Counted from the stretch's first letter, positions 11,201 through 22,558 are shown. The stretch: 64,000 nucleotides of DNA from Flavobacterium sp. (GCA_016718345.1 JADKDN010000009.1:25563-89562), one strand, 5' to 3'. The notes: a model not told the origin generated them from the sequence alone. Numbers and translations are program-made.

Positions 11201-14200
11201 ATGAGTACTAAGTTTACTGAATACAAAGGACTTGACTTGCCAAATGTGGCTACTGAAGTTCTTGATTTTTGGAAAAGAAATAAAGTCTTTGAACAAAGTG
11301 TAACTTCTCGTGAGGGAGCAACCCCCTATGTGTTTTTTGAAGGACCACCATCTGCGAACGGTTTACCCGGAATTCATCACGTAATGGCGCGTGCTATTAA
11401 AGATATTTTTTGTCGTTACAAAACTCAAAAAGGCTTCCAAGTAAAGCGTAAAGCAGGTTGGGATACCCACGGATTGCCAGTAGAACTTGGGAACCGAAAA
11501 AGAACTAGGAATCACCAAAGAAGACATCGGAAAAACTATTTCGGTTGAAGAATACAACGAAGCGTGTAAACGAACAGTTATGCGTTACACGGACGTATGG
11601 AATGATTTAACCGAAAAAATGGGGTATTGGGTAGATATGGAAGATCCATATGTGACCTACAAATCCAAATACATGGAAACCGTTTGGTGGTTGCTAAAAC
11701 AAATTTACAACAAAGATTTGTTTTACAAAGGCTACACGATTCAGCCGTATTCACCAAAAGCGGGAACCGGTTTGTCTTCGCACGAAGTTAACCAACCAGG
11801 AAGTTACAGAGATGTTACGGATACAACAGTTGTAGCACAATTCAAAACGAAACCAGAAACTTTACCAAGCTTTTACAAGGTTTTGGAGATGTTCATATTT
11901 TAGCTTGGACGACAACTCCATGGACTTTGCCATCTAATACCGCTTTGACTGTTGGTCCAAAAATCGATTATGTTTTAGTAGAAACCTTCAATCAATACAC
12001 TTTTCGACCTGTTAAAGTAATTTTGGCTAAAAACCTTGTCGGAAAACAATTCGGAAAAGGATTTTTTGCTTCAAATGAACCATCTGATTTTGAAAATTTC
12101 AAAGAAGGTGATAAAAATATTCCATATCAAATATTATCCGAATTCAAAGGTGCTGATTTAGTTGGAATTCGTTACGAGCAATTGATGCCATTGGCTTTGC
12201 CATATCAAAATCCTGAAAATGCTTTCAGAGTAATTTCAGGTGATTTTGTTACTACTGAAGATGGAACTGGAATTGTACACTGCGCCAACTTTTGGTGCAG
12301 ATGATGCTAAAGTTGCTAAAGAAGCAACTCCTGAAGTGCCGCCAATGTTGGTTTTGGACGAAAACGGAAATCTTGTTCCTTTGGTTGATTTACAAGGTAA
12401 ATTCATTCAAGGTTTAGGAAATTATTCTGGGAAATATGTTAAGAATGAATATTACAACGATGGTGAAGCTCCAGAACGCTCTGCCGATGTTGAAATTGCC
12501 ATCCAATTAAAAGAAGAAAACAAGGCTTTCAAAGTCGAAAAATATGTACACAGTTATCCTCATTGTTGGAGAACTGACAAACCAATTTTATATTATCCGT
12601 TAGATTCTTGGTTTATCAAAGTAACTGAAATCAAAGACAAAATGTTCGATTTGAACGAAACCATCAATTGGAAACCAAAAGCAACTGGTGAAGGTCGTTT
12701 CGGAAATTGGTTGAAAAACGCTAACGATTGGAACTTGTCGCGTTCAAGATATTGGGGAATTCCGTTACCAATTTGGAGAACCGAAGATGGAACGGAAGAA
12801 ATGCTAATTGGTTCGGTAGAAGAATTATGTTCAGAAATTGAAAAATCAATCGCAGCTGGTTTCCAAAAAGAAAATCCGTTTAAAGGTTTTGAAGTTGGAA
12901 ATATGAGCGAAGAAAACTACGATTTGGTTGATTTACACAAAAATGTAGTTGATAATATCGTTTTGGTTTCGCCATCAGGAAAATTAATGAAACGTGAAAG
13001 TGATTTAATTGATGTTTGGTTTGATTCAGGTGCGATGCCTTATGCTCAATGGCATTATCCATTTGAAAACAAAGATTTAATTGACGAAAATAAAGCATTT
13101 CCGGCCGATTTTATCGCAGAAGGTGTTGATCAAACGCGTGGTTGGTTTTATACTTTGCATGCTATTGGAACCTTAGTTTTTGATAAGATTGCCTATAAAA
13201 ATGTGGTTTCAAATGGTTTGGTTTTGGATAAAAACGGACAAAAAATGTCGAAACGTTTAGGAAATGCCGTTGATCCATTTACAACTTTAGCAGAATATGG
13301 TCCCGATGCTACGCGTTGGTATATGATTTCGAACGCCAATCCTTGGGACAATTTAAAATTTGATATTGAAGGCGTTGCTGAAGTGCGTCGTAAATTCTTC
13401 GGAACCTTGTACAACACCTATTCGTTCTTTAGTTTGTATGCCAATATTGATGGATTTACCTATGCAGAAGCTGAAATTCCATTAAATGAGAGACCAGAAA
13501 TCGACCAATGGATTATCTCTGAATTGAATACACTTATAAAAGTGGTTGATGAGGCTTATGCCGATTATGAGCCAACCAAAGCAACTCGTGCCATATCCGA
13601 TTTTGTTCAGGAAAACTTGAGTAACTGGTACGTTCGTTTGTGTCGTCGTCGTTTTTGGAAAGGGGATTATGCTCAAGATAAAATTGCTGCATATCAAACA
13701 CTGTATACTTGTTTGTTAACCGTAAGTAAATTGAGTGCCCCAGTAGCTCCTTTCTTTATGGACAAGCTGTATAGAGATTTAACACAAGCTACCCAGAGCG
13801 AAAAATATGATAGTGTTCATTTGGCAGAATTTCCAAAATTCGTTGAAAACTTTGTTAATAAATCACTAGAGAGCAAAATGCTCAAAGCGCAGACCATTTC
13901 ATCACTTGTTTTATCCCTACGAAAAAAGGAAATGATAAAAGTGCGTCAACCTTTGCAAAAGGTTATGATTCCTATACTTGACGAGAATCAACGTGTTGAA
14001 ATTGAGGCGGTTTCAGACTTAGTTAAGGCAGAGGTCAATGTAAAGGAAATCGTACTTTTAGACGATGCTTCGGGAATTTTAGTAAAACAAATTAAACCCA
14101 ATTTCAAGACTTTAGGCCCTCGTTTTGGTAAAGATATGGGATTGATTTCCAAGAAGATACAAACGTTCACATCAGATCAAATCAATCAATTGGAGCGCTT

Positions 14201-14600
14201 AGGCTTCTTAAGTATTGATATTTCAGGAAATACTATAACTTTATCGCAAGATGATGTAGAGATTTCGTCGCAAGATATTGAAGGATGGTTGGTAGCCAAT
14301 TCAAATGGAATTACAGTGGCTTTGGATATCACGATAACTGAAGAATTGAAACAAGAAGGAATTGCGAGAGAATTGGTAAACAGAATTCAGAATATCAGAA
14401 AAGATTCAGGATTTGAAGTGACAGACAAAATAAAAGTGCATTTGCAGAACAATGAAGCTTTAGAAAAAGCAGTTTTAGCAAATGAAGCGTACATCAAGTC
14501 CGAAACTTTAACAGAAACATTACTGTTTGAAGTAAATGTTGCTAACGGAACAGAAATAGAATTTGATGATATAAAAACTAAAATAACAATAACAAAATAA
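11201..14600 (+). CDS. ileS: isoleucine-tRNA ligase (three indels)
   Basis: [32 protein letters not shown] and KMSKR spread over four consecutive ORFs. Confidence 0.96.
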
Positions 14601-14607
14601 TAAGAAT

Positions 14608-14988
14608 ATGGTAGATGAAATTGCAAGATACTCAGACGCTGATTTAGCTGAGTTCAAAGAGCTGATCCTTAAAAAAATTAGTAAAGCACAAGCCGATTTA
14701 GATTTGATAAAAAGTGCCTATATGAATGACTTAAATAACGGCACGGATGATACTTCACCAACCTTCAAAGCTTTTGAAGAAGGAAGCGAAACCATGTCAA
14801 AAGAAGCTAATTCACAGTTGGCTATTCGTCAGGAGAAATTCATTCGTGATTTAAAAAACGCTTTGTTCCGTGTAGAAAACAAAACCTACGGTATTTGTAA
14901 AGTTACAGGTAAATTGATTAGCAAAGAACGATTACTGATTGTTCCTCATGCTACAATGAGTATTGAAGCTAAGAATTTACAACGATAA
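14608..14988 (+). CDS. TraR/DksA family transcriptional regulator
   Basis: Coiled coil plus TYGICKVTGKLISKERL...PHA; ileS-dksA-lspA synteny. Confidence 0.88.
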   Translation: MVDEIARYSDADLAEFKELILKKISKAQADLDLIKSAYMNDLNNGTDDTSPTFKAFEEGSETMSKEANSQLAIRQEKFIRDLKNALFRVENKTYGICKVTGKLISKERLLIVPHATMSIEAKNLQR

Positions 14989-15009
14989 TCCATTGTTAAG
15001 TATATAATT

Positions 15010-15035
15010 AACGCTCCTGCAGGAGCGTTTTTTTT
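15010..15035 (+). terminator. intrinsic terminator
   Basis: AACGCTCC-tgca-GGAGCGTTTTTTTT. Confidence 0.7.
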
Positions 15036-15074
15036 AGAAAATAATAGTATTTTTGCGCCACTAAAAAACACAAA

Positions 15075-15674
15075 ATGTCATTAAGAAACGCTTATTTCCT
15101 AATTTTCATCATATTGCTTGTCGATCAAGCCTCTAAAATTTTTATAAAAACGAATTTCGTCCTTGGAGAAGAAGTCAATGTTTTTAGTTGGTTTAAAATT
15201 TTATTTATAGAAAATGAAGGAATGGCTTGGGGAACAGAAATACCTGGAGCTTACGGAAAATTATTCCTCACGGTTTTTAGATTAATAGCTGTTACTGCAA
15301 TAGGATATTGGTTATGGGATTCTGTTCATAAAAATGCATCCAATTATTTAATTGTTGCCATTGCATTAATTCTGGCAGGAGCATTCGGAAACATTATCGA
15401 TTCTGTTTTTTACGGAGTTATTTTTGACGACAGTCACAATCACTTAGCAACCTTATTTTCTGAGAAGCCTTATGGAAAAGTTTTTCATGGAAAAGTGGTC
15501 GATATGCTTTATTTTCCTATAATTGATGGTACTTTTCCAACTTGGTTACCTTTCTGGGGTGGAACTAATTTTAAGTTTTTTAATGCTATTTTTAATGTTG
15601 CCGACATGGCGATTTCAACTGGCGTTGGGATTTTAATTGTTTTTAATAAAAAAGCATTTCACAAAAACGTATAG
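15075..15674 (+). CDS. lspA: lipoprotein signal peptidase II
   Basis: DQASK, NEGMAWG, GAFGNIID, VVDM, FNVAD. Confidence 0.95.
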   Translation: MSLRNAYFLIFIILLVDQASKIFIKTNFVLGEEVNVFSWFKILFIENEGMAWGTEIPGAYGKLFLTVFRLIAVTAIGYWLWDSVHKNASNYLIVAIALILAGAFGNIIDSVFYGVIFDDSHNHLATLFSEKPYGKVFHGKVVDMLYFPIIDGTFPTWLPFWGGTNFKFFNAIFNVADMAISTGVGILIVFNKKAFHKNV

Positions 15675-16225
15675 ATTTTTTTAGGCGTGACACAATAATC
15701 TAGTTTCACATCATTCTCATATACATCAGCAATACTTGTTTCTGATTCAAAGAACGACAAGCCTATTTTAATGGTTTCGGCTTTACATTCGGATAAAAAA
15801 TTATCATAAAATCCTTTACCATAACCTACTCGATTTCCTCTGGAATCAAACGCTAAAAGAGGCACAAAAACCACATCAATTTTAGTTACAGGAACTTCAA
15901 TTCCATCTATGGGTTCAGGAATATTGTATTTGTTTTTCTTGATTTTAGTATTGTCGGTTAACAGAAAGTGGGTCATATTTCTGGATGCAAAATCTGATTT
16001 AGACACAACAATCTCTTTGTCTTTTCCTGATAACAAATGTAAAATACATTCTGTATTCACTTCTTTTTGTTCGGTAATGGGTAAAAAAACATGAAAATAA
16101 GTTTTGTCCCAAATTGTTAGTTCGAGTACTTTATTGGCAATAGCCACACTCATTTCTTCTACTTCGTCCTCTGATAGAGATTGTCTTAACGCTTTATATT
16201 TGACTCTTAACTCGGTTTTATTCAT
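15659..16225 (-). CDS. 5-formyltetrahydrofolate cyclo-ligase
   Basis: VPLLAFDSRGNRVGYGKGFYD. Confidence 0.92.
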   Translation of the reverse strand: MNKTELRVKYKALRQSLSEDEVEEMSVAIANKVLELTIWDKTYFHVFLPITEQKEVNTECILHLLSGKDKEIVVSKSDFASRNMTHFLLTDNTKIKKNKYNIPEPIDGIEVPVTKIDVVFVPLLAFDSRGNRVGYGKGFYDNFLSECKAETIKIGLSFFESETSIADVYENDVKLDYCVTPKKIYTFL

Positions 16226-16351
16226 AAAGTAAAAGTAAAAAAAGGGAATTTGTTTTGTGTAGAATTTAAAGTTAAATTTGTTTGACGCTCTAACTTAGAA
16301 ATAAATCATCGAATCATTTGGTTAGAATTAAAGCAGAACGCAATACTATAA

Positions 16352-18151
16352 ATGAGTAATCCTTCTCTCGACATTCAGATACAAACACTTCCAGACAGTC
16401 CTGGCGTATATCAATATTATGATAAGGATGATAAAATTTTGTATGTAGGAAAGGCGAAGAACCTCAAAAAAAGAGTTTCATCCTATTTTAATAAAGTTCA
16501 CGATACGGCCAAAACGAATGTTTTAGTCAAGAAAATAGTCACCATAAAACACATTGTTGTTCCAACCGAAACCGATGCTTTGTTGCTTGAGAACAATCTG
16601 ATAAAAACCCTGCAACCTAGATACAATGTGTTGCTTCGTGATGATAAATCCTATCCGTGGATTTGTATCAAGAAAGAGCCTTTTTCAAGGATTTTCCCAA
16701 CTAGAAAAATGATTAAAGATGGGTCTGAGTACTTTGGTCCTTATACCAATTTTAAAACTGTATCGACCATTTTAGAATTAATAAAAGAGTTGTACCCGCT
16801 TCGTACTTGCACTTTTGATTTGAGCCAAAACAATATTGAAAATCATAAATTCAAAGTCTGTTTAGAATACCACATTGGAAATTGCAAAGGCCCTTGTGAA
16901 GGATTGGAATCGTTAGAGAATTATCAACAACAAATCGATGCGATTCGAGAAATTTTAAAAGGAAATTTTAAAGAAAGCATGAAGGATTTTAAACGATTGA
17001 TGAATGATTTGGCTTCGAAGATGCAATTTGAAGAAGCGCAAAAGGTTAAAGAAAAAATAGAAGCACTAGAGCAGTATCAGTCGCGATCTACGATTGTAAA
17101 TCCAAAAATTACGAACGTTGATGTGTTTTCGATAGAATCGGATGAAAGTGCGGCTTATGTCAATTTTTTACAGATTTCCCATGGTGCTATTATTCGGTCG
17201 CATACCTTAGAAATTAAAAAGAAATTAGAGGAAACCGATGAAGAATTACTGGGACTAGCTATAATCGAACTTAGAGAACGGTTTCATTTGTTGTCCAAAG
17301 AAATTATAGTGCCATTTCCAGTTGAATTAGGTCCAACAATTAAAGTAACGGTTCCGCAACTAGGTGACAAAAGACAAATTTTAGATTTATCGATTCGAAA
17401 CGCCAAATTTTACAGAATAGAACAACTCAAACAACTCCAGATTGTCGATCCCGATAGGCACACCAACCGAATTATGGCGCAAATGCAAAAAGATTTACGA
17501 TTAACGGTGGAGCCAAGACATATTGAATGTTTTGATAATTCCAATATTCAAGGGACAAATCCTGTTGCGGCATGTGTGGTTTTTAAAGATGGAAAACCAA
17601 GTAAGAATGATTACAGGCATTTCAATATCAAAACCGTAGAAGGTCCCAATGATTTTGCTTCTATGCAAGAGGTGGTGTACAGGCGATACAAACGGATGCT
17701 GGACGAAAATCAACCGCTACCGCAATTAATCATCATCGATGGTGGAAAAGGACAGCTGTCATCTGCATTGAAGAGTATTGATGAATTGGGACTTAGAGGT
17801 AAAATTGCCATTATCGGAATTGCAAAACGTCTCGAAGAATTGTTTTATCCCGGAGATTCTGTTCCATTATATCTAGATAAAAAATCAGAAACATTAAAAG
17901 TAATTCAGCAACTTAGAAACGAAGCACACCGATTTGGTATTACGTTTCATAGAGATAAAAGAAGTAAAGCATCTTTACAATCTTCGATGGAAAGCATTCC
18001 AGGTGTAGGCGAAAAAACGATGCTTACTTTAATTCAGCACTTCAAAAGTGTTAAAAGATTAAAATTGGCGACAGAAAATGAAATATCTGAGGTTGTAGGT
18101 GCATCTAAAGCAAAAAAAATTACCGACTTTTACAAAACAACTAATTCATAA
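16352..18151 (+). CDS. uvrC: excinuclease ABC subunit C
   Basis: PGVY...YVGKAKNLKKRV GIY-YIG, ECFDNSN, IDGGKGQ, HhH C-terminus. Confidence 0.97.
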   Translation: MSNPSLDIQIQTLPDSPGVYQYYDKDDKILYVGKAKNLKKRVSSYFNKVHDTAKTNVLVKKIVTIKHIVVPTETDALLLENNLIKTLQPRYNVLLRDDKSYPWICIKKEPFSRIFPTRKMIKDGSEYFGPYTNFKTVSTILELIKELYPLRTCTFDLSQNNIENHKFKVCLEYHIGNCKGPCEGLESLENYQQQIDAIREILKGNFKESMKDFKRLMNDLASKMQFEEAQKVKEKIEALEQYQSRSTIVNPKITNVDVFSIESDESAAYVNFLQISHGAIIRSHTLEIKKKLEETDEELLGLAIIELRERFHLLSKEIIVPFPVELGPTIKVTVPQLGDKRQILDLSIRNAKFYRIEQLKQLQIVDPDRHTNRIMAQMQKDLRLTVEPRHIECFDNSNIQGTNPVAACVVFKDGKPSKNDYRHFNIKTVEGPNDFASMQEVVYRRYKRMLDENQPLPQLIIIDGGKGQLSSALKSIDELGLRGKIAIIGIAKRLEELFYPGDSVPLYLDKKSETLKVIQQLRNEAHRFGITFHRDKRSKASLQSSMESIPGVGEKTMLTLIQHFKSVKRLKLATENEISEVVGASKAKKITDFYKTTNS

Positions 18152-18158
18152 GTCCTTA

Positions 18159-20366
18159 ATGAGAAAAACTGCTTTACTATTTGTGGCTTTTTTTACGGTT
18201 TTAACCTCTTTCTCACAAGAGAAAAAACAGTCTAAGCCTAAAATTGGCTTGGTATTGAGTGGAGGTGGCGCTAAAGGGTTTGCTCATATTGGCGTTCTAA
18301 AAGTATTAGAACAAGCAGGAGTGAAAATAGATTACATTGGCGGAACAAGTATGGGAGCTGTTGTAGGTGGTTTGTATGCTTCTGGATATAATGCCCATCA
18401 ATTAGATTCTATTTTTAAAGCAACTAATTTTGATGAATTAATAAAAGATTTTATTCCTCGTTCTTCTAAGAATTTTTACGAAAAAAAGAATGACGAGTTA
18501 TATGCTTTTGTATTGCCGTTTAACAAGTTCAGAATTGGAATTCCCACAGCACTTTCAAAAGGATTGTACAATTATAATTTATTGAATAGACTGACTAAAA
18601 ATGTAAGGCATGTTAGAGATTTTAAAGATTTGCCAACTCCTTTCATATGCATCGGTTCTAATATTGAGACAGGAGAAGAAGTACTGTTAAATGAAGGGTA
18701 TTTAGCCAAAGCAATCTTAGCTAGTGCCGCTTTTCCAACCTTGTTTTCTCCCGTAGAAATTGACAATAAATTACTTGTAGACGGTGGAGTTACTAATAAT
18801 TATCCAATAGAAGCGGTTCGTAAAATGGGAGCTGATATTGTGATTGGGGTTGATGTTCAAGACAAATTATTAGATAGAAATAAACTCAAAGGAGCAACAA
18901 AAATATTGGTTCAAATCACCAATTTACAATCCATTGAAAAGATGAAGAAAAAGGTGACACAAACCGATATTTACATTAAACCCAATGTTGAAAAATACGG
19001 CGTTATCTCTTTTGAAGATGGAACTGATTTAATAAAAAGTGGAGAGGAAGCTGCTTTTGCCGTTTATGAAAAAATCAAAGATCTTGGAGATATTTCAATT
19101 AATACCAGAAAAGGTTTACCAATAACTTCAGATAGTCTTGAAATTAAAAATATTGTAATTAAGCCCCTGGAAAACTATACACGTTCCTACATTATTGGTA
19201 AATTGAGATTTAAACAAGATTCAAAAATTACGTATGATGATTTAAAAAAAGGAATTGACAATCTTACTGCGACACAAAATTTCAGCTCAATAAGCTATAC
19301 ATTAGAAAAAAATGAAACAAAAGATGATCTTGTACTAAGTTTAACAGAAAATCCAGTAAAGACGTATTTGAAATTTGGACTTCATTATGATGATTTATAC
19401 AAGAGCGGCCTATTGGTAAACTTTACACAAAAGAAGACTTTTATTAAAAATGATGTAACTTCTTTTGATTTGGTTCTAGGAGATAATATAAGATATAATT
19501 TAGATTATTATATTGATAATGGATTTTATTGGAGTTTTGGTTTTAAATCTCGACTCAATAGATTCAACAAAAATGTTTCTACCGATTTTAACGAAGGCGA
19601 TTTATTAGAACAGCTGGGTATAAAGTCGATAAACATTGATTTTTCAGATTTTTCAAATCAGCTTTATGCGCAGACCATTTTTGTTCAAAAATTTTTACTT
19701 GGTGCTGGATTCGAGTATAAACATTTAAAAATAAATTCAAAGACAACTGAAAACGTAAAACCTATTTTCGAAAATAGTGATTATATAAGCTTTCTAGGAT
19801 ACATAAAATACGATTCTTTTGACAACAAGTATTTTCCTAAAACAGGATGGTATCTTACTAGCGATTTTCAATATTTTCCCTATTCAACGAACTACTCAAA
19901 ACAGTTTAATAATTTTTCTATCGTAAAAGGCGATGTAGGATTTGCAAGAACATTTTTCAAGAAAATAGCACTAAACGTGCAGACCGAAGCTGGATTTGCC
20001 ATTGGTGAGAAGAGTGTTCCTTATTTTGATTTTGTCCTTGGTGGATATGGATACAACACAATAAATAATTTTAGACATTTTTACGGATATGATTTTTTAA
20101 GTCTAGCTGGCGATAGCTATATTAAATCAACAGTTACAGTTGATTATGAGTTTTTAAAAAAGAATCATATTAATGCATCGGCCAATTTTTCTAATATTGA
20201 AGACAATCTTTTCGAATCTACAAAATGGATTTCTTCGCCCCAATACTCAGGATATGCTTTAGGGTATGGTTTAGAAACAATTATTGGACCAATAGAACTA
20301 AAGTATACATGGTCTCCAGAAACTGGAAAAGGATTGGTTTGGTTCAATATCGGTTTTTGGTTTTGA
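18159..20366 (+). CDS. patatin-like phospholipase with POTRA and beta-barrel (PlpD/type Vd-like)
   Basis: Signal peptide; LSGGGAKG, GTSMG and DGG patatin motifs; C-terminal barrel ending FNIGFWF. Confidence 0.85.
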   Translation: MRKTALLFVAFFTVLTSFSQEKKQSKPKIGLVLSGGGAKGFAHIGVLKVLEQAGVKIDYIGGTSMGAVVGGLYASGYNAHQLDSIFKATNFDELIKDFIPRSSKNFYEKKNDELYAFVLPFNKFRIGIPTALSKGLYNYNLLNRLTKNVRHVRDFKDLPTPFICIGSNIETGEEVLLNEGYLAKAILASAAFPTLFSPVEIDNKLLVDGGVTNNYPIEAVRKMGADIVIGVDVQDKLLDRNKLKGATKILVQITNLQSIEKMKKKVTQTDIYIKPNVEKYGVISFEDGTDLIKSGEEAAFAVYEKIKDLGDISINTRKGLPITSDSLEIKNIVIKPLENYTRSYIIGKLRFKQDSKITYDDLKKGIDNLTATQNFSSISYTLEKNETKDDLVLSLTENPVKTYLKFGLHYDDLYKSGLLVNFTQKKTFIKNDVTSFDLVLGDNIRYNLDYYIDNGFYWSFGFKSRLNRFNKNVSTDFNEGDLLEQLGIKSINIDFSDFSNQLYAQTIFVQKFLLGAGFEYKHLKINSKTTENVKPIFENSDYISFLGYIKYDSFDNKYFPKTGWYLTSDFQYFPYSTNYSKQFNNFSIVKGDVGFARTFFKKIALNVQTEAGFAIGEKSVPYFDFVLGGYGYNTINNFRHFYGYDFLSLAGDSYIKSTVTVDYEFLKKNHINASANFSNIEDNLFESTKWISSPQYSGYALGYGLETIIGPIELKYTWSPETGKGLVWFNIGFWF

Positions 20367-20435
20367 TATTTTTGCAAGAAATTATGGAAAAAAGAATATA
20401 TTTGATTTCTAAAAATAAATTAAAATAGGAAAAGT

Positions 20436-22073
20436 ATGTCTATTTGGAAAAGAAAACCACTATCACAATTACTGAATGAAGCTTCAGAGTCTGAAAAAGG
20501 ACTAAAGAAAACATTAACAGCACCAGGATTGGTTGCCCTAGGAATTGGTGCAATCATTGGAGCAGGATTATTTTCTATAACAGGATTAGCCGCCTCTATG
20601 AATGCTGGACCAGCGATAACCATTTCATTTCTTGTGGCTGCTTTAGGTTGCGTTTTTGCAGGATTGTGTTATGCGGAATTTTCCTCTATGATTCCAGTTG
20701 CAGGAAGCGCATATACGTATTCATTTGCAACCATGGGTGAGTTCATCGCTTGGATTATCGGTTGGGATTTGGTTCTTGAATATGCTGTAGGAGCCGCAAC
20801 AGTTTCCATCAGTTGGTCTAGATACTTCGGAAAATTTTTAGGAGGCTATGGCATTCATATTGACGATGCCTATATGCTCTCACCATTTGAAGGAGGTTTA
20901 ATAAATGTACCAGCTGTTGTTATTGTTATGATAATGTCTTTGATTTTAATTCGAGGAACAAAAGAGTCTGCTTTTATAAATAGTATTATAGTACTGTTAA
21001 AAGTGGCTGTGGTTTTGGTTTTTATAGTTGTTGGATGGAAATACATCCGACCAGAAAATTATACACCGTACATCCCTGAAAACACTGGTAAATTTGGAGA
21101 GTTTGGTTTCTCGGGTATTATTAGAGCTGCTGCTATAGTATTTTTTGCCTATATTGGTTTTGACGCAGTATCCACTGCTGCTCAAGAAGCTAAAAATCCA
21201 AAAAGAGATATGCCGATAGGAATTTTATTGTCATTAGGAATTTGCACCATTCTATACATTCTTTTTGCTCATGTTATGACTGGAGTTGTAAACTATCAGG
21301 CATTTGCCGGAAAAGACGGAATCGCTCCTGTGGCAATTGCTGTTCAATCCATGGGCGAAATGGGAGCCGATGGAATGATAACACCAGCTTATCCGTGGTT
21401 GAATAATGCGATTTTATTAGCCATTTTAGGGGGTTATGCCTCGGTAATTTTGGTGATGCTTATGGGACAAAGTAGAGTATTTTTCTCCATGAGTAAAGAT
21501 GGATTGATGCCAAAAGTATTTTCTGAAGTGCACTCTAAATTTAGAACTCCTGCAAAAAACAATTTATTGTTCATGATAATCGTGAGCATTTTTGCAGCAT
21601 TTGTACCTGCAAGAGTAGTAGGAGAAATGACAAGTATAGGAACGTTGTTTGCTTTTATTCTAGTTTGTATTGGAGTATTAATCATGAGAAATAAAATGCC
21701 AGAAGCACCAAGAGCGTTTAGAACACCTTTAGTTCCGTTTGTTCCATTGGCAGGTGTTTTTGTTTGCTTGTTTATGATGGTGTTTTTACCTCTTGATACA
21801 TGGATTCGTCTAATAGTTTGGATGATGATAGGATTTGATTTGTATTTGTTTTACGGTATGAAAAATAGTGTTTTGAATGTTGGTAATTTTAGTTTGAATA
21901 ATTACAAAACAGTTGCAGGTTCTGGATTAGTAATGGTTTTAGCCTTAATCATTATTGCGTTTATTCATCATAATGACCCTAATATAGATGACCATTTCTT
22001 GTTTTATTTCTCTTTATTGTTTGCCGCAATTCATGCATTGATTTATGCTTACAGCTTTAAAAAAGCGAGATAA
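20436..22073 (+). CDS. APC family amino acid permease
   Basis: GAIIGAG, AGSAYTY, FFAYIGFD; many TM helices. Confidence 0.92.
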   Translation: MSIWKRKPLSQLLNEASESEKGLKKTLTAPGLVALGIGAIIGAGLFSITGLAASMNAGPAITISFLVAALGCVFAGLCYAEFSSMIPVAGSAYTYSFATMGEFIAWIIGWDLVLEYAVGAATVSISWSRYFGKFLGGYGIHIDDAYMLSPFEGGLINVPAVVIVMIMSLILIRGTKESAFINSIIVLLKVAVVLVFIVVGWKYIRPENYTPYIPENTGKFGEFGFSGIIRAAAIVFFAYIGFDAVSTAAQEAKNPKRDMPIGILLSLGICTILYILFAHVMTGVVNYQAFAGKDGIAPVAIAVQSMGEMGADGMITPAYPWLNNAILLAILGGYASVILVMLMGQSRVFFSMSKDGLMPKVFSEVHSKFRTPAKNNLLFMIIVSIFAAFVPARVVGEMTSIGTLFAFILVCIGVLIMRNKMPEAPRAFRTPLVPFVPLAGVFVCLFMMVFLPLDTWIRLIVWMMIGFDLYLFYGMKNSVLNVGNFSLNNYKTVAGSGLVMVLALIIIAFIHHNDPNIDDHFLFYFSLLFAAIHALIYAYSFKKAR

Positions 22074-22310
22074 ATGAAACATTTAAAAAATAAAAGGCAT
22101 TAAAATTGGTTGATCCTAGTTTTAATGCTGTTGTTTTTAAAAACATATGAGTTTGCAAGTTACTGTTTTGCAATGATAAATTTCAGTTAACAAATAATCA
22201 AATGTCTTTTGTCTCATAGTAAGAACTACTCAAGCGTTATAAGCAAGAAGAAAAACACTCTAAATAAAATGTTAAATTTTTTTAAAAATCATCAAAATAT
22301 ATCGTTATAG

Positions 22311-22384
22311 TGATGTTAAAGTATGCTAAAACGTGTTAAAGTCGAATTTTCATTAAAAATAATTCAAAAAAAGCTATACATTTG
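22311..22384 (+). promoter_or_regulatory. three 10-nt direct repeats upstream of a TAnnTTTG promoter
   Basis: TGATGTTAAA GTATGCTAAA ACGTGTTAAA, then TACATTTG at 22377-22384. Confidence 0.45.
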
Positions 22385-22388
22385 CAGT

Positions 22389-22501
22389 ATCAAAAATGAA
22401 GGAGTGGTTTCCTTTAATTTTTATATAAATTTTCATAATTTATAGTTTTTTGGTTGGTTAATAGCATAAAAACTCAGTCATTAATTTGACTGGGTTTTTT
22501 T
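22389..22501 (+). ncRNA. candidate small RNA
   Basis: Own -7 promoter, 5' hairpin GAAGGA/TCCTTT, U/G-rich tract, terminator ACTCAGTCA/TGACTGGGT-T run; the downstream gene has a separate TACTTTTG promoter at ~22509. Confidence 0.55.
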
Positions 22502-22558
22502 GTTTTAATACTTTTGGAATGAATATTGTAATCTGGTAGTATATCAACTAAAGAAATA

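Noticed and set aside
11201-14600. ileS (and gmk, nadD, fabF, purF) as pseudogenes or programmed frameshifts
   Set aside because: Core genes with intact motifs in all fragments; scattered single-base indels fit sequencing error
22374-22436. 20-aa - strand peptide MKIYIKIKGNHSFIFDTANV
   Set aside because: Promoter and terminator polarity both favour a + strand RNA; kept only as the alternative hypothesis
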